DNA of 64,000 nt from Opitutales bacterium (GTDB lineage: Bacteria; Verrucomicrobiota; Verrucomicrobiia; Opitutales; UBA2987), in assembly GCA_965226885.1 (NCBI GenBank), contig CBDDEL010000017.1, positions 640,001 through 704,000 on the forward strand, in the 5' to 3' direction. How positions within the stretch are numbered: position 1 is the first letter of the stretch; every line of letters begins with the position of its first letter. Both the position numbers and the translations under genes were made by a program. Under the pieces are notes generated by a model, which saw nothing but the letters and a program-made list of their open reading frames with translations, was not told the DNA's origin and did not search any database. This document shows, in pieces, positions 20,610 through 31,142 of this stretch.

Positions 20610-21608
20610 ATGATTTATCCGAAAAATCGTTGGCTATTCTTCTGGCTGCTCCTGTTTGTGGCGGGACCGGTTATGTTTGTGGCCGGCAAAGAGAAGAAAA
20701 TCATGGGCTTTGAGGTCGGCAATGCCATCATACCGCAAAAGGAGATTTTACGCGGTGGACCCCCCAAGGACGCTATCCCATCGATCGATTTGCCAAAATT
20801 TGTCGCTTCAGATGAAATTTCCCTTCTCACCGACCAGGAATTGGTTGTAAGTGTGACCAGCGGCGGGAAAACCCGCGCCTACCCTTTGCGCATCCTCAAT
20901 TGGCACGAAATCGTCAACGATCACATTGGGGATGATTATTTTGTCGTGACCTATTGCCCTCTTTGCCGCACAGCCATGGTTTTTGATCGGAAATTTGGAG
21001 ACGATATTCTCAGTTTCGGTGTATCTGGACTTTTATATAACAGCGACGTTTTATTTTACGACCGGGATTCGGAAAGCCTTTGGTCTCAGTTGGCCATGAA
21101 AGCTGTGGCTGGGCCGCGGGTGGGGATCCCATTGAACTGGCGGAGCCATGAAATCATGAATTGGGAAGCCTGGAAACGTAAGTATCCTATGGGCCAGGTT
21201 CTTTCTTTCGATACTGGATTCAATCGTGATTATTCAGCCAGTCCCTATGCCGGATATGTGAAAAGCAAAGCCTTGATGTTCCCGGTTCCATTCGAACGAA
21301 AAGAGTTGCCAAAAAAGACGTTGATGATCGGGCTTCTGGTCAAGGGCCGGGCAAAAGCTTATCAACTCTCACATTTTCCCGTGAATGAACGGATTACCGA
21401 TGTGGTCAACGGGCAAAACATCTCCTTGTTTCTCAATCTGGACGATTTTCAATTTAAAGTTAATAATGCCGAAACGGCCGAGGAAATACCCACGGTTATG
21501 GTTTACTGGTTTGCCTGGCAGGCATTCTATCCCGAGACGGAAGTTTGGGGGAATTTTGAGGAACCGGTGCCGGACAAAATAAAGCGGTTAGAGAAGACCG
21601 GATCTTAA
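20610..21608 (+). CDS. DUF3179-family exported protein
   Basis: GGPPKDAIPSID, RAYPLRILNWHEIVND, TYCPLC, FGVSGLLYNSD and FAWQAFYP motifs; N-terminal signal. Confidence 0.88.
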   Translation: MIYPKNRWLFFWLLLFVAGPVMFVAGKEKKIMGFEVGNAIIPQKEILRGGPPKDAIPSIDLPKFVASDEISLLTDQELVVSVTSGGKTRAYPLRILNWHEIVNDHIGDDYFVVTYCPLCRTAMVFDRKFGDDILSFGVSGLLYNSDVLFYDRDSESLWSQLAMKAVAGPRVGIPLNWRSHEIMNWEAWKRKYPMGQVLSFDTGFNRDYSASPYAGYVKSKALMFPVPFERKELPKKTLMIGLLVKGRAKAYQLSHFPVNERITDVVNGQNISLFLNLDDFQFKVNNAETAEEIPTVMVYWFAWQAFYPETEVWGNFEEPVPDKIKRLEKTGS

Positions 21609-21638
21609 GGGCGCCAACTATCCATCAAACGATTTATT

Positions 21639-22271
21639 TCATTTTTCCAGAGAAGCTCTAATCTCCCTCATCGCCGAATGACGGGCGATTTTCCCCAGGG
21701 CCTTTTTCAGAAGTGTTTTTCCCGGTTCCATTTTAGGCCAGGGGGAAGCTCCCGAAGGATGGGGCAGAGGAATCGCGTCAAATGGATGTCCCAAATACTC
21801 ACAAGCCCATTGTTTTCCCACTATTTTACTCATACCATGATAGGCCATAATCTGTTCGATGGCTAATTTCCCAACCGGTATAACGAGTGAGGGTCTCAAT
21901 ATTTTGAACTCTCTTTGCAACCAGCGGGAGCAATTGGCAATCTCATCGGAAGAAGGAACCCTGTCGCCGCCAGACGGGTTTTTGCCGGGAAAACACCGAC
22001 AGGCCGCAGCCATATAAATCCGATTGCGAAAAACTTCTTCATTGAGGCCGCAACTTTCCTCAAACCATCGAAAAAGAGTTTTTCCGGCCGTCCAGGCAAA
22101 CGGTTTTCCTATATGCGGTTCCTTCACCCCGGGGGCTTGTCCGACAAGCAGAACCTTACTTAAAATCGGGCCGCCGGAAACGGGTGTCGATTGCATTTGG
22201 CCGCAAAGCCGGCAATCCATGAGCGCATTAACGTGTTCTTGCAGACTGGCTAATGAAACTTTTTTTTTCAT
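21639..22271 (-). CDS. Uracil-DNA glycosylase superfamily protein
   Basis: CRLC, VGQAPG, CRCFPG..GDRVP and LPHPSG motifs. Confidence 0.88.
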   Translation of the reverse strand: MKKKVSLASLQEHVNALMDCRLCGQMQSTPVSGGPILSKVLLVGQAPGVKEPHIGKPFAWTAGKTLFRWFEESCGLNEEVFRNRIYMAAACRCFPGKNPSGGDRVPSSDEIANCSRWLQREFKILRPSLVIPVGKLAIEQIMAYHGMSKIVGKQWACEYLGHPFDAIPLPHPSGASPWPKMEPGKTLLKKALGKIARHSAMREIRASLEK

Positions 22272-22297
22272 TATTGGTTGAAGTATAAAACCCCGGA

Positions 22298-23671
22298 TTA
22301 ATCGAAAGACCAGTAGGCTTCCTGGGTATATTCAGAGCCGGTAGAATTTAGGGTAGTGTATAAAAAAAGAATGTTATTTTGTATTTTTAGCTGTACAAAT
22401 AGCGTTAGGCAGTTTATTCTTAGTGCATGGTTACTAAAATTATTAATTGTCGGCACTGTGGAGGTGAAAATATCATTAAATTTGGCAAGACGCCCAACCA
22501 TAAACAGCGCTACCGCTGCCATGATTGTGGTAAACAAAGCCGCGAAAACCCCACAGTGAAATACACCGAAGAGCAAAAAGAAATGATCCTTCGAGTCTAT
22601 CAGGAACGCAGCAGTCTACGCGGTTTACAGCGCGCCTTCGGGGTGAGTCCCAACACCGTTTTGAGTTGGTTAAAAAAAACGACAATCGCTGCGACCGCTC
22701 AAAAGCACGATTCTTGCGGCCCGCCGCCATGATGTCATTGAACTGGACGAACTGTGGTCTTTTGTGGGGCGCAAGAGCGATGCCCAATGGGTTTGGATCG
22801 CTCTTTGCCGACGCACCCGTCAAATCCTCTCCTATGCCATTGGGCCTCGGGATTTGTATCGTTGCCGGGAACTTTACGAGCGTCTGCCACGGGCCTACAG
22901 AAGATGTGCCACCTACAGCGACTTTTGGAGCACTTATGATGAAGTCTTTCCTTATAACCGATCCGTGGGAAAAGAAACCGGTGAAACGGCCCATGTGGAA
23001 CGATGGAACAATACCCTGCGCCAACGACTGGGTCGTTTCACACGCAAAACCCTCTCCTTTTCCAAGCTTAAGAGTATGCATGAAACCTGTCTGAGACTTT
23101 TCATTCATCAATATAATCAAGAATTAGCCACCATTCCTACTTAATACACTATCGAATTTAGTTTGCTGGAATACAGGTTGATTCCCGTTACTTTGAAAGG
23201 GGCCGTTCCAAAATCCCGATGGTTCTTCACAAATTGATGGACCGCTCCCGAGGCCGCCTCCTTGCAGCGGGCCAGCGTGATATGGGGATGGAAGGCGCGT
23301 TTTTCCGGTTCCAATCCTATTTGAAACAAGGTGTCATCGAGTTTTTTCTTTAACTGAAACAACCTTGGATGGCCGCTGCCCAATCCTGCCCACAGAATAG
23401 CCGGGCAACCGCGATTGGGGAAGCAGCCCAAACCATTCACAGCGAGAAAAAAAGGTTCCACTTGAACACCTTCCAGTGCCTGCACAATCGCATTTTCTAC
23501 CTCCCGGTCCGCATCACCTATAAATTTGAGGGTGAGGTGCATTTGACTCCAGTCATTCCACCGAAAACCTGGAAAGGTTTTATGCAGGTTTAATAAGGAA
23601 GAGCGAATGTGATCCGGCATGGCGATTCCCACGAAAAGCCGTTTGAGCCGATATTCGGAATCCCTTTCCAT
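22298..23671 (-). pseudogene. thpR: RNA 2',3'-cyclic phosphodiesterase (2H family) interrupted near its 3' end by IS1
   Basis: RLFVGI, HLTLKFIG and FHPHITLAR motifs. Removing IS1 plus one TSD restores ...YSSKLNSTGSEYTQEAYWSFD*. Confidence 0.88.
22352..23153 (+). mobile_element. IS1 copy 4 (a few substitutions, right IR mutated to atacactatc)
   Basis: 802 bp; 8-bp TSD gaatttag at 22344-22351 and 23154-23161. Confidence 0.95.
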
Positions 23672-23712
23672 GCCATCTCGATGGTTTGTGGATTTGCCGG
23701 AGGGTGAATTAA

Positions 23713-24942
23713 TTATCCCTCGTAACTGGTTAAAAGCTTAACCGCGGTTATCATGGCCGCATCTTTCTTGAGGCGTTCTTTGGGGTTGAGTTTGAGAAGC
23801 GCTTTGAGAAATTCCGGCGATTGTTCGATGAGGAAATCCGGTTTTAAGCCCTTGCTTTGCCAGGCGAGGCCTTTTGGGGTGTACATGGCCCCCGTGATAA
23901 ACTTTGCACGGAAATCGTTCTTCAAGGTATAGGTTTTTTCAAATACGCCTTTGCCAAAAGTTTTCACTCCTATTATGAGGGCAATGGCATGATCCCTGAG
24001 GGCGCTGGAGAGGATTTCCGCCGCCGAGGCGGTCGCCTCATTGACTAAGACGGCAATTTTATAATCAAAAGGTTCCTTATTGGAAGATATGTAATTTTGC
24101 AGTTTTTTATCCCGCGTATAGGTGCGCAGCAAAATGCTTTTTTCGGGCAAAAAATGCTCGGCTGTGCGAACGGATTCGAGGAAAACTCCTCCCGAATTGT
24201 TTCTCAGGTCCAATATGATTTCCGTGTAACCTTGCTCGGATAATTCTTTTAATCGTTCCTTCAACCGGTTGGAAATATCGGTTGAAAAAGTTTTCATTTC
24301 GATCAGGACAAGGTTATCGGTTAGCGGGGTAATGATTAAGTTTTTATTGGCAAATTTTTTTCTCACCAGGCTGATCTCGAATACTTTAATATCGCGATTG
24401 ACGGTTAAGAGGACCGGATCGCCTTCTTCGCCGTTCATGAGATCATTTATTTCGCCAATCGATCGGCCTTTAAGGGATTCTTCGTCGATTCGCAAAATCC
24501 TGTCATAGGGCATGAGGATTCCTTCGGCTGGGGAGCCGGGGAGAATTTCCGTAACGGTGAGGCTTCCCTCGCCCGCATTAAAATTACTTTTCACACCCAG
24601 AGACACCTGCACTCCGCTGAGGGAGTTGAATATTTTTTCATAATCTTCAGCCGTCCAGATGGCGGCCAGTTCGGGATTGTCCGGCGGAGAAATATGGCGC
24701 AACATTCCTTTGATAGCTGCCCAGTATAGCGCTTCTTCGGAAATTTCAGAGGAGTAGTAGTTTTCCAGGATAAGCGTTTTAATCTCCTCGAATGTTTCCG
24801 CCGCCTGCGGAAATTCATGCCCCAGACCGACATCAAATAGCGGATTAACCTCTCCCTCCTGGGCGAAGGAAAAAGAAGGAGGTATCGACAGGCAAATTCC
24901 GGCGGCAATTATATAAAAAATCATGCTGCGATAATGATACAT
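23713..24942 (-). CDS. S41-family (C-terminal processing) peptidase with PDZ domain
   Basis: GSPAEG PDZ, ILDLRNNSGG, TASAAEI and KTFGKG motifs; signal peptide. Confidence 0.9.
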   Translation of the reverse strand: MYHYRSMIFYIIAAGICLSIPPSFSFAQEGEVNPLFDVGLGHEFPQAAETFEEIKTLILENYYSSEISEEALYWAAIKGMLRHISPPDNPELAAIWTAEDYEKIFNSLSGVQVSLGVKSNFNAGEGSLTVTEILPGSPAEGILMPYDRILRIDEESLKGRSIGEINDLMNGEEGDPVLLTVNRDIKVFEISLVRKKFANKNLIITPLTDNLVLIEMKTFSTDISNRLKERLKELSEQGYTEIILDLRNNSGGVFLESVRTAEHFLPEKSILLRTYTRDKKLQNYISSNKEPFDYKIAVLVNEATASAAEILSSALRDHAIALIIGVKTFGKGVFEKTYTLKNDFRAKFITGAMYTPKGLAWQSKGLKPDFLIEQSPEFLKALLKLNPKERLKKDAAMITAVKLLTSYEG

Positions 24943-25035
24943 TGAAGGGAAATCGAAAGCAAATAATCGGTTGCTTTTGAATTAGATCGCCAATAAGGTG
25001 GCAATTCTTATTCTGGATTAAGAAACGTTGTAGTC

Positions 25036-26421
25036 ATGGCAAAACGCATCCTAACTGATAAACAACGGGTATGGCTGGAGGGGGAATTGAATGCCTGGTG
25101 CGATCAAGACATCATTTCCCAGGAGCAGGCTTCTGGCATTCTCGGTCAGTACGAAACGAGTATTGAAATATCTCAGCGCAAGCAGAATAGAATCGTTTTA
25201 ACGCTTATGAGCTTGGCGGCGTTTCTGATCGGTTTGGCGGCTCTTTTGTTGATCGGCTACAACTGGCAGGAAATATCCCGCAATCTCAAGTTACTCATTA
25301 TCTTTGGAGTCTTATTGGCTGTCTATGCCGGCGGTTTTTATCTTCGTTTTAATAGAAAACAACGACAACTATCCGAAGTGGCGTTTTTCCTCGGTAGTTT
25401 ATTTTACGGAGCCGGCATTTTCCTGATTGCGCAAATATTTCACCTTAACGCTCATTACCCGGACGTTTTTTGGTGGTGGGCGCTGGGAGTTTTACCGTTT
25501 GCCCTTTGCCTCGATACGCTTTTGCTCCATGCCCTATTAGTTACCGTGCTGGCCATTTGGTGCGGGACGGAAGTCCTTCAATTCCAAAATAGCGGCGTAT
25601 GGTTTTTTGGACAGGGGGCATTTATTCCCAACGGAGCATACTCCTTGCCGCTATTGGCCCTGCCGGGCATTTTATGGTCTTATCATAAAGAATCGGTTCG
25701 GACATTGGGGCTTTATGTTATGCTGATCGCCTGGTGGGTGATTCTGCAGTCATTTGCCTGGGACTTCGGTGAGAGCGCGGTATTTTTCATCGGCGCCGTG
25801 GGCGGTCTGATGCTGATAATCGCGCAGAGTCATGGCCCAGGAAGCCGATACGCTGAACCCTATCGTATTAACGGAGTTCTCCTATCGGCAGGTGTCCTAT
25901 TGTTCCTGAGTTTCTACGATTTCAATGAAGAGATTCTTGGGAACTGGTCGGATTCCGCTGGTTCCGCGCAATTGCTTTTCATCTTAATATTCTCTGGGGC
26001 GATTATTTTAATTTGCGCGCTGTTCAAACATGCTGGATCGAGCGATTCAAAGCTTCTTGTTATAAATGTGAGGGATGTTGTTCAACGGCAGTGGCTGCCC
26101 GTTGGTTTGGTCTTTCTGATGGTTTTCACATTGCTTTGGAATCAAAGCATGGAAGAACCATTGCTTCCAACTATTTTAGCCAATTTCGGTATGATTTTTC
26201 TTGCCATCTGGTTAATGCGGACAGGCCTGTTGGCAGACAATGGTCGAACTTTTGCGGCCGGTGTCCTCTATTTTTTGCTATGGTCCGTGGTGCGTTATGT
26301 CGATCTGTTCGGCGACTTTGGAGGAATGCTTGGTGGGGCGCTTATCTTTTTCTACTGCGGCGCCCTATTATTTGGGTTGGCCTATTTTTGGCGCCATCGA
26401 AAGGTGAAATCTCATGACTGA
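25036..26421 (+). CDS. DUF2157-family membrane protein
   Basis: IGYNWQEI and GAGIFLIAQIFHL motifs, many TM helices; overlaps the GDYXXLXY gene. Confidence 0.85.
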   Translation: MAKRILTDKQRVWLEGELNAWCDQDIISQEQASGILGQYETSIEISQRKQNRIVLTLMSLAAFLIGLAALLLIGYNWQEISRNLKLLIIFGVLLAVYAGGFYLRFNRKQRQLSEVAFFLGSLFYGAGIFLIAQIFHLNAHYPDVFWWWALGVLPFALCLDTLLLHALLVTVLAIWCGTEVLQFQNSGVWFFGQGAFIPNGAYSLPLLALPGILWSYHKESVRTLGLYVMLIAWWVILQSFAWDFGESAVFFIGAVGGLMLIIAQSHGPGSRYAEPYRINGVLLSAGVLLFLSFYDFNEEILGNWSDSAGSAQLLFILIFSGAIILICALFKHAGSSDSKLLVINVRDVVQRQWLPVGLVFLMVFTLLWNQSMEEPLLPTILANFGMIFLAIWLMRTGLLADNGRTFAAGVLYFLLWSVVRYVDLFGDFGGMLGGALIFFYCGALLFGLAYFWRHRKVKSHD

Positions 26422-27004
26422 TCCAACCGTAGGCCAAAACCAGCCTCTAATCGCTGGAAATACCCGCATCATGAAGTGCATCAAATGGTTGAAAGAGCGG
26501 GATCGAACCTTCCTGGTGGTCTTTGCCGGATTCCAGTTTGTAGTGCTGCTGGCCATGATTTTCCTACGCCTCCTGCCATTGCTGACCGGTGAAACGATTT
26601 TACTGCGTGTAGCGCCTGTCGATCCGCGCGATTTTTTCCGGGGCGACTACGTGATACTCAGCTACGATTTCAGCCGGACGCCCAGAGAAGAAATCGAGGG
26701 GACTCCGCAACCGGGGTTCGGGGGAAAGAGGCAAGGCCAACCGGTTTATGTTTCACTAATTCTGGATGACGACGGCGAGCATTGGAAACAGGAAAAGGTG
26801 AGTTTTAACCTTCCCGACAGTGGTAAATATATCCGCGGAAAGTTTTCTGGAAGGAACCAAATAGATTTTGGCATAGAATCCTTTTATGTGCAGGAGGGAG
26901 AGGGGCGAAAATATGAAGAGGCCATTATCAACAGAAGCCTGTCGGCCAAGGTCTCTCTAACCAAGAGCGGAAAGGCTGTGCTGCAAGACCTCGTCATTGA
27001 ATAA
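26414..27004 (+). CDS. GDYXXLXY domain membrane-anchored protein
   Basis: PVDPRDFFRGDYVILSY and FGIESFYVQEG motifs. Confidence 0.9.
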   Translation: MTDPTVGQNQPLIAGNTRIMKCIKWLKERDRTFLVVFAGFQFVVLLAMIFLRLLPLLTGETILLRVAPVDPRDFFRGDYVILSYDFSRTPREEIEGTPQPGFGGKRQGQPVYVSLILDDDGEHWKQEKVSFNLPDSGKYIRGKFSGRNQIDFGIESFYVQEGEGRKYEEAIINRSLSAKVSLTKSGKAVLQDLVIE

Positions 27005-27053
27005 TTTCCATCAAGGTATCCTCGTCAGGTATCAAATTAAATTATTAACACCG

Positions 27054-27197
27054 CCCGATTTTGGGATTTTAGCTGTCCCGAAAATGGGACGTTTATTTTC
27101 GGGAAGTTATTTGAGGAATTTAATGAAATTTGTAATATTTTGATATGCAAAGACTTGTATTACTCGTTACCTATATTGGCATTGGCACGGAAATTGT
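27054..27197 (+). promoter_or_regulatory. Candidate sigma-54 promoter with upstream activator palindromes
   Basis: tggcac-ggaaa-ttgt at 27183-27197 (-12 is GT rather than GC); palindromes gtccc-N6-gggac at 27075-27090 and ccc-N6-ggg at 27054-27065; AT-rich spacer. Confidence 0.4.
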
Positions 27198-27376
27198 TTG
27201 AGCAAATGATTAGATTCCTTGCGTCAGCAGTCCATAGATCCCCATTAGCCCCATTCCGATTCACATATCCGCAGAAATTCATTCGCGGAGGGGATCGTTA
27301 TTTGCCGAGTCTGTGGCAAAATCGAATAGAAAACCTCAAATAAATAAAACCCTTACCCTTAACAAATAATAACAAT

Positions 27377-30036
27377 ATGAATAAACTGATTAAAACCACT
27401 GTTTTCGGAACCAGCCTGTGCCTGCTATTGGCCGGGACCGGTTTGAACCAAGCTTACGGGCAAGCCCTGGAGGCGCCGCGCGTGAGCCAAAAAGGCAAGG
27501 TAAGCCAGCGTGTCGGCATAACCGACATCACTATAAAATACCACCGCCCCTCGGTTAATGACCGTGAGATTTGGGGAAACCTGGTTCCTTATAACGAAGG
27601 GAAACCTTTCCCATGGCGGGTCGGCGCCAATGAAAATACGGTCATTCACATTACCCACGGTGTGAAAATTGAAGGGCATGACCTGGAGGCGGGAGCTTAC
27701 GGTTTACATATGATCCCGGCGGAGGACGAATGGACCATCATTTTATCCAAAAATTCCACTTCATGGGGAAGTTTTTCCTATAAACAGTATGAAGACGCCT
27801 TGCGGGTAAAAGTAAAACCGGAGGAAACGCACATGACGGAACTCCTGACTTTCTCGTTCGATGAAGTTAAAACCGCATCGACGGTCGCTTCCATAAGTTG
27901 GGAAAAGTTGAAGATTTCGTTCAATATCGAGGTCGATGTCCACCCTATCTTGGCTGAAAGTTTCAGTAACGAACTTAGCCCGGATATTTCATGAAGGGTA
28001 AAGTTTGGCTCGTTATTGCTATTGGAGATGGATTTCTTTGTATTTTGAGCAGATCGTCTTGATTTTTAGGTGTTTTTCAGGGTGTAGAGACACTGCCCCC
28101 TTTCCCCCATTGGTTCGGTAGTGCCGGGGGCAGCACCAATGCACCCTTTAGGTTGGCACCAATCGGCGGGCCGCATGGTTGAAAAGACTGGCCCAAGGAT
28201 AACTCTCACTTAGGTGAAAGTGAATCGTTCGGGTGTTGCGCACGATGACCGCTCCGATCTTGATTAATTTGAGCCGCAGGGTGTGGCATTGGGCCCGCGC
28301 CCACTTCGTCCCTTTTAAGGCTAACCGGCGCATGGCTTCCATCAAGGTGTAGGCCAGCGCCGACAAGAGCAATCGCCACTGATTGGCCCACCATTGATGG
28401 GCGCTGGTGCGCTCGCTGAACAATTGCATCTGTTCCTTGATTCGGTTCTCCATTTCACCGCGGCCACAGTATACCTTGTCGTAAAGCTCCTGGGGATCGC
28501 CCGGCAGGTTCGTCACCACGAAGCGCGGGTTGGACCCCTGTGCGGTGTGTTCGGCTTTATGGATGACCAACCGCAGCCATCGCCACGAATCGGCAGCATA
28601 GACGAAGTCCTGGAATAACCGTTGTTTTTTACCCCTTAGTTCGAACCATTCTTTGGCCTGCTTTTGCAACTGCTGGGCGTCTTGCTGCAAGCGTGCATTG
28701 CGAGCCATCCCCACGATGTAACTAACTTCGTTGCGGTCGCACCAAGAGAGTATCCGGTCTCGACAAAATCCACTGTCGGCGCGCCAAATAATCCGCGTAC
28801 GGGGCCAGCTTTGGCGAATCCGTTTAACCAGCAATTTGAGGATGGCCCCGGCATGCTTGCTGGCATCGATCTTGCTCGGCCGCAGGTAGGCCACCAGCAG
28901 CTGATCACCGCAAAAAACATATAGCGGCAGAAAACAGTAATGATCATAATAACCGTGGAAAAAACGTCCCTCCTGGAGCCCGTGCACCGGATTGTCGGTG
29001 GCGTCAAAGTCCAGGATGATCTCTTCGGGTTCCTCGGCAAAGGAGCCCATGAACTGTTCGACCAACAGCTCGTTTACCGCAAAGGCCGCCCGCCGATCCT
29101 GCCCGTTTTCAAAACGACACAAAGTCGGCGCGCTGGCCAACGTTTCAATGCGCCCCGTTACCGTTTGCAACAATGGATCGTGGCGCAGGGTATCAAAGTC
29201 GTTCAAATCCTCATAGCCCGCCACCAGCCCGTAAACGCGCTGCCGCAGCATCCCCAATACCTCATGGCGTACTTTGCCCTTCTGCCGTTTGTCCACTAAC
29301 TGTCGGGCCGCTCGTTCGGTCAAGCCCAACTGCCGATCCACTTCCCGGATCAAAAGCAGTCCGGCATCCGAAGTAACCTCTCCGCCCTTGAAATCAACCC
29401 GCACACGGCGGCCTTTTACCCTTGTCAACTGTAGCTTTAATTGTTTACCTTTTGTCATCGCTGATATTGCTTTAATTATTGATCTATCCTGCTGTATATC
29501 AGCAGTTAAGCATATCAACGATACTTTTTTTACGAAATATCCGGGTTAGGTCCGTCCCCGGATTCAGTTGGCAGGGATGGAACCAGGCCGCTCAATATTC
29601 CCTGACCAACGATTACGATCTGGAACAGGGCTTGAAATGGGCGGAACAGGCCTTGACCAATCAATTCGCTGGCGACAGGAATTTCACCACTTTAAGAACC
29701 AAAGCCGACCTACTGGCCAAGATGGGGAAAATGGAAGAGTCAACGGCGCTGATGGAAGAGGCCCTGCCCCTAGGGAAAGTTGGAGAAGTTCATTTTTATG
29801 GACGTTCCCTCATCACCGCGGAAAAATTCGACGAGGCGCTTGAAGTGTTCAAATACAACAAAGACAAACATCCTGACGACACATTTACCGTTTGGGTGGG
29901 ATTGGCCCGCAGCTACCAGGCCCTGGGAGAAAAAGAGAAAGCCATTGAGCACTGGAAGGTGGCCATCGAGGGCGCCACCGAACAGCAAAAATCCTTTTAC
30001 AAAAACATCCTCGCAAAACTGGAAGAGGAAGAATAA
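27377..30036 (+). pseudogene. DUF2911 + TPR exported protein interrupted by IS1380
   Basis: PRVSQ..YHRP..WRVGANENT; the frame is restored across the IS as SNEL-R-SVPGFSWQGW, followed by TPR helices. Confidence 0.9.
27979..29545 (-). mobile_element. IS1380 copy 3 (intact transposase 28148-29458)
   Basis: 1567 bp; TTAG TSD at 27975-27978 and 29546-29549. Confidence 0.95.
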
Positions 30037-30128
30037 TCTGATACTTGCCAATGTGAAAATTTAAGCTGCAACGGCGCGATTAATTGACAGCGAATATAAA
30101 TATTAAAGCAAGTTGGAGGATTGATTCG

Positions 30129-30992
30129 ATGAAGAAAGCCATTATTCTAAAACTTATCCTGTTGTGGACCCTCTCCATTTCAGGATTTCAATCGGCGGCA
30201 GGACAGGTGGAAACGCCTCGGCCCAGCCTTACGGCATCCCTTACTCAGGAAGTGGGTTTTGGAACGGTCAAAATCGAATATTCCCGCCCGCACATCAGGG
30301 GCCGCACGATTTATGGCCAACTGGTGCCGTTTGGCGAACTCTGGAGAACCGGCGCTAATTCCTCGACCAAAATCTCGTTCAGCCAGGACGTAACCTTGGA
30401 TGGCCATGCGGTTCCGGCCGGGGATTACGCCTTGTTTACCATACCGGGAAAGGAAGAATGGACGATCATCATCCACAAGGACACCTCATTCGGCGGCACC
30501 GGCGGTTACGATGAAGCGAATGACCTGGTTCGTTTTACGGCCAAACCGGAAAGAACCTCCGAATTGGTGAAAAGTTTCACCATTGAGCTTGCCGATGTGA
30601 CCTCCAAATCAGCCGTCATCCATCTTGCCTGGGAGAGAACCCTGGTTCCCATCCATCTGGAGACGGATACCGATGCGCAGATTATTGCCCAGATCGAAAA
30701 ATTCGCGAAAAACCCACAAGCTTCGCTCTTTGGCAGTTATGCCAGGGCGGCCGGTTACTATCTGGAAAACGGCAAAAATCTCGACCAGGCATTGGGGTGG
30801 GCTGACAAAGCTCTCGAAATAAACCCCGAATCCCTTGTCGTCCTCCACTACAAAGCCGGTATTTTGGCGGCCATGGGAGACTCCGAAGAAGCCGCCGAGT
30901 TTGCCCGGAAGTCCCTCGCCAAATCGCGGAAATTCAACGCCACTGGCTGGGTTATGAAAAACGAGGAGCTATTAGCCAGGATACAGAGGTAG
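30129..30992 (+). CDS. DUF2911 + TPR exported protein (tandem paralogue)
   Basis: PRPS..YSRP..LVPFGELWRTGAN, AGDYALFTIP and a C-terminal TPR. Confidence 0.88.
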   Translation: MKKAIILKLILLWTLSISGFQSAAGQVETPRPSLTASLTQEVGFGTVKIEYSRPHIRGRTIYGQLVPFGELWRTGANSSTKISFSQDVTLDGHAVPAGDYALFTIPGKEEWTIIIHKDTSFGGTGGYDEANDLVRFTAKPERTSELVKSFTIELADVTSKSAVIHLAWERTLVPIHLETDTDAQIIAQIEKFAKNPQASLFGSYARAAGYYLENGKNLDQALGWADKALEINPESLVVLHYKAGILAAMGDSEEAAEFARKSLAKSRKFNATGWVMKNEELLARIQR

Positions 30993-31142
30993 CCTCATCC
31001 AATTAGTGCGCTACATTTCAGGCGTTGCTGCAAACGCCTTGCGCAGCTTATGTCACCATTCATCGGAAATACCTTTCCGGTAGGACCTTTCCGGTAGGCT
31101 CAATTTTTGCTGTTGCTGGCTCTTGGCAATCCAGAGAAACTC

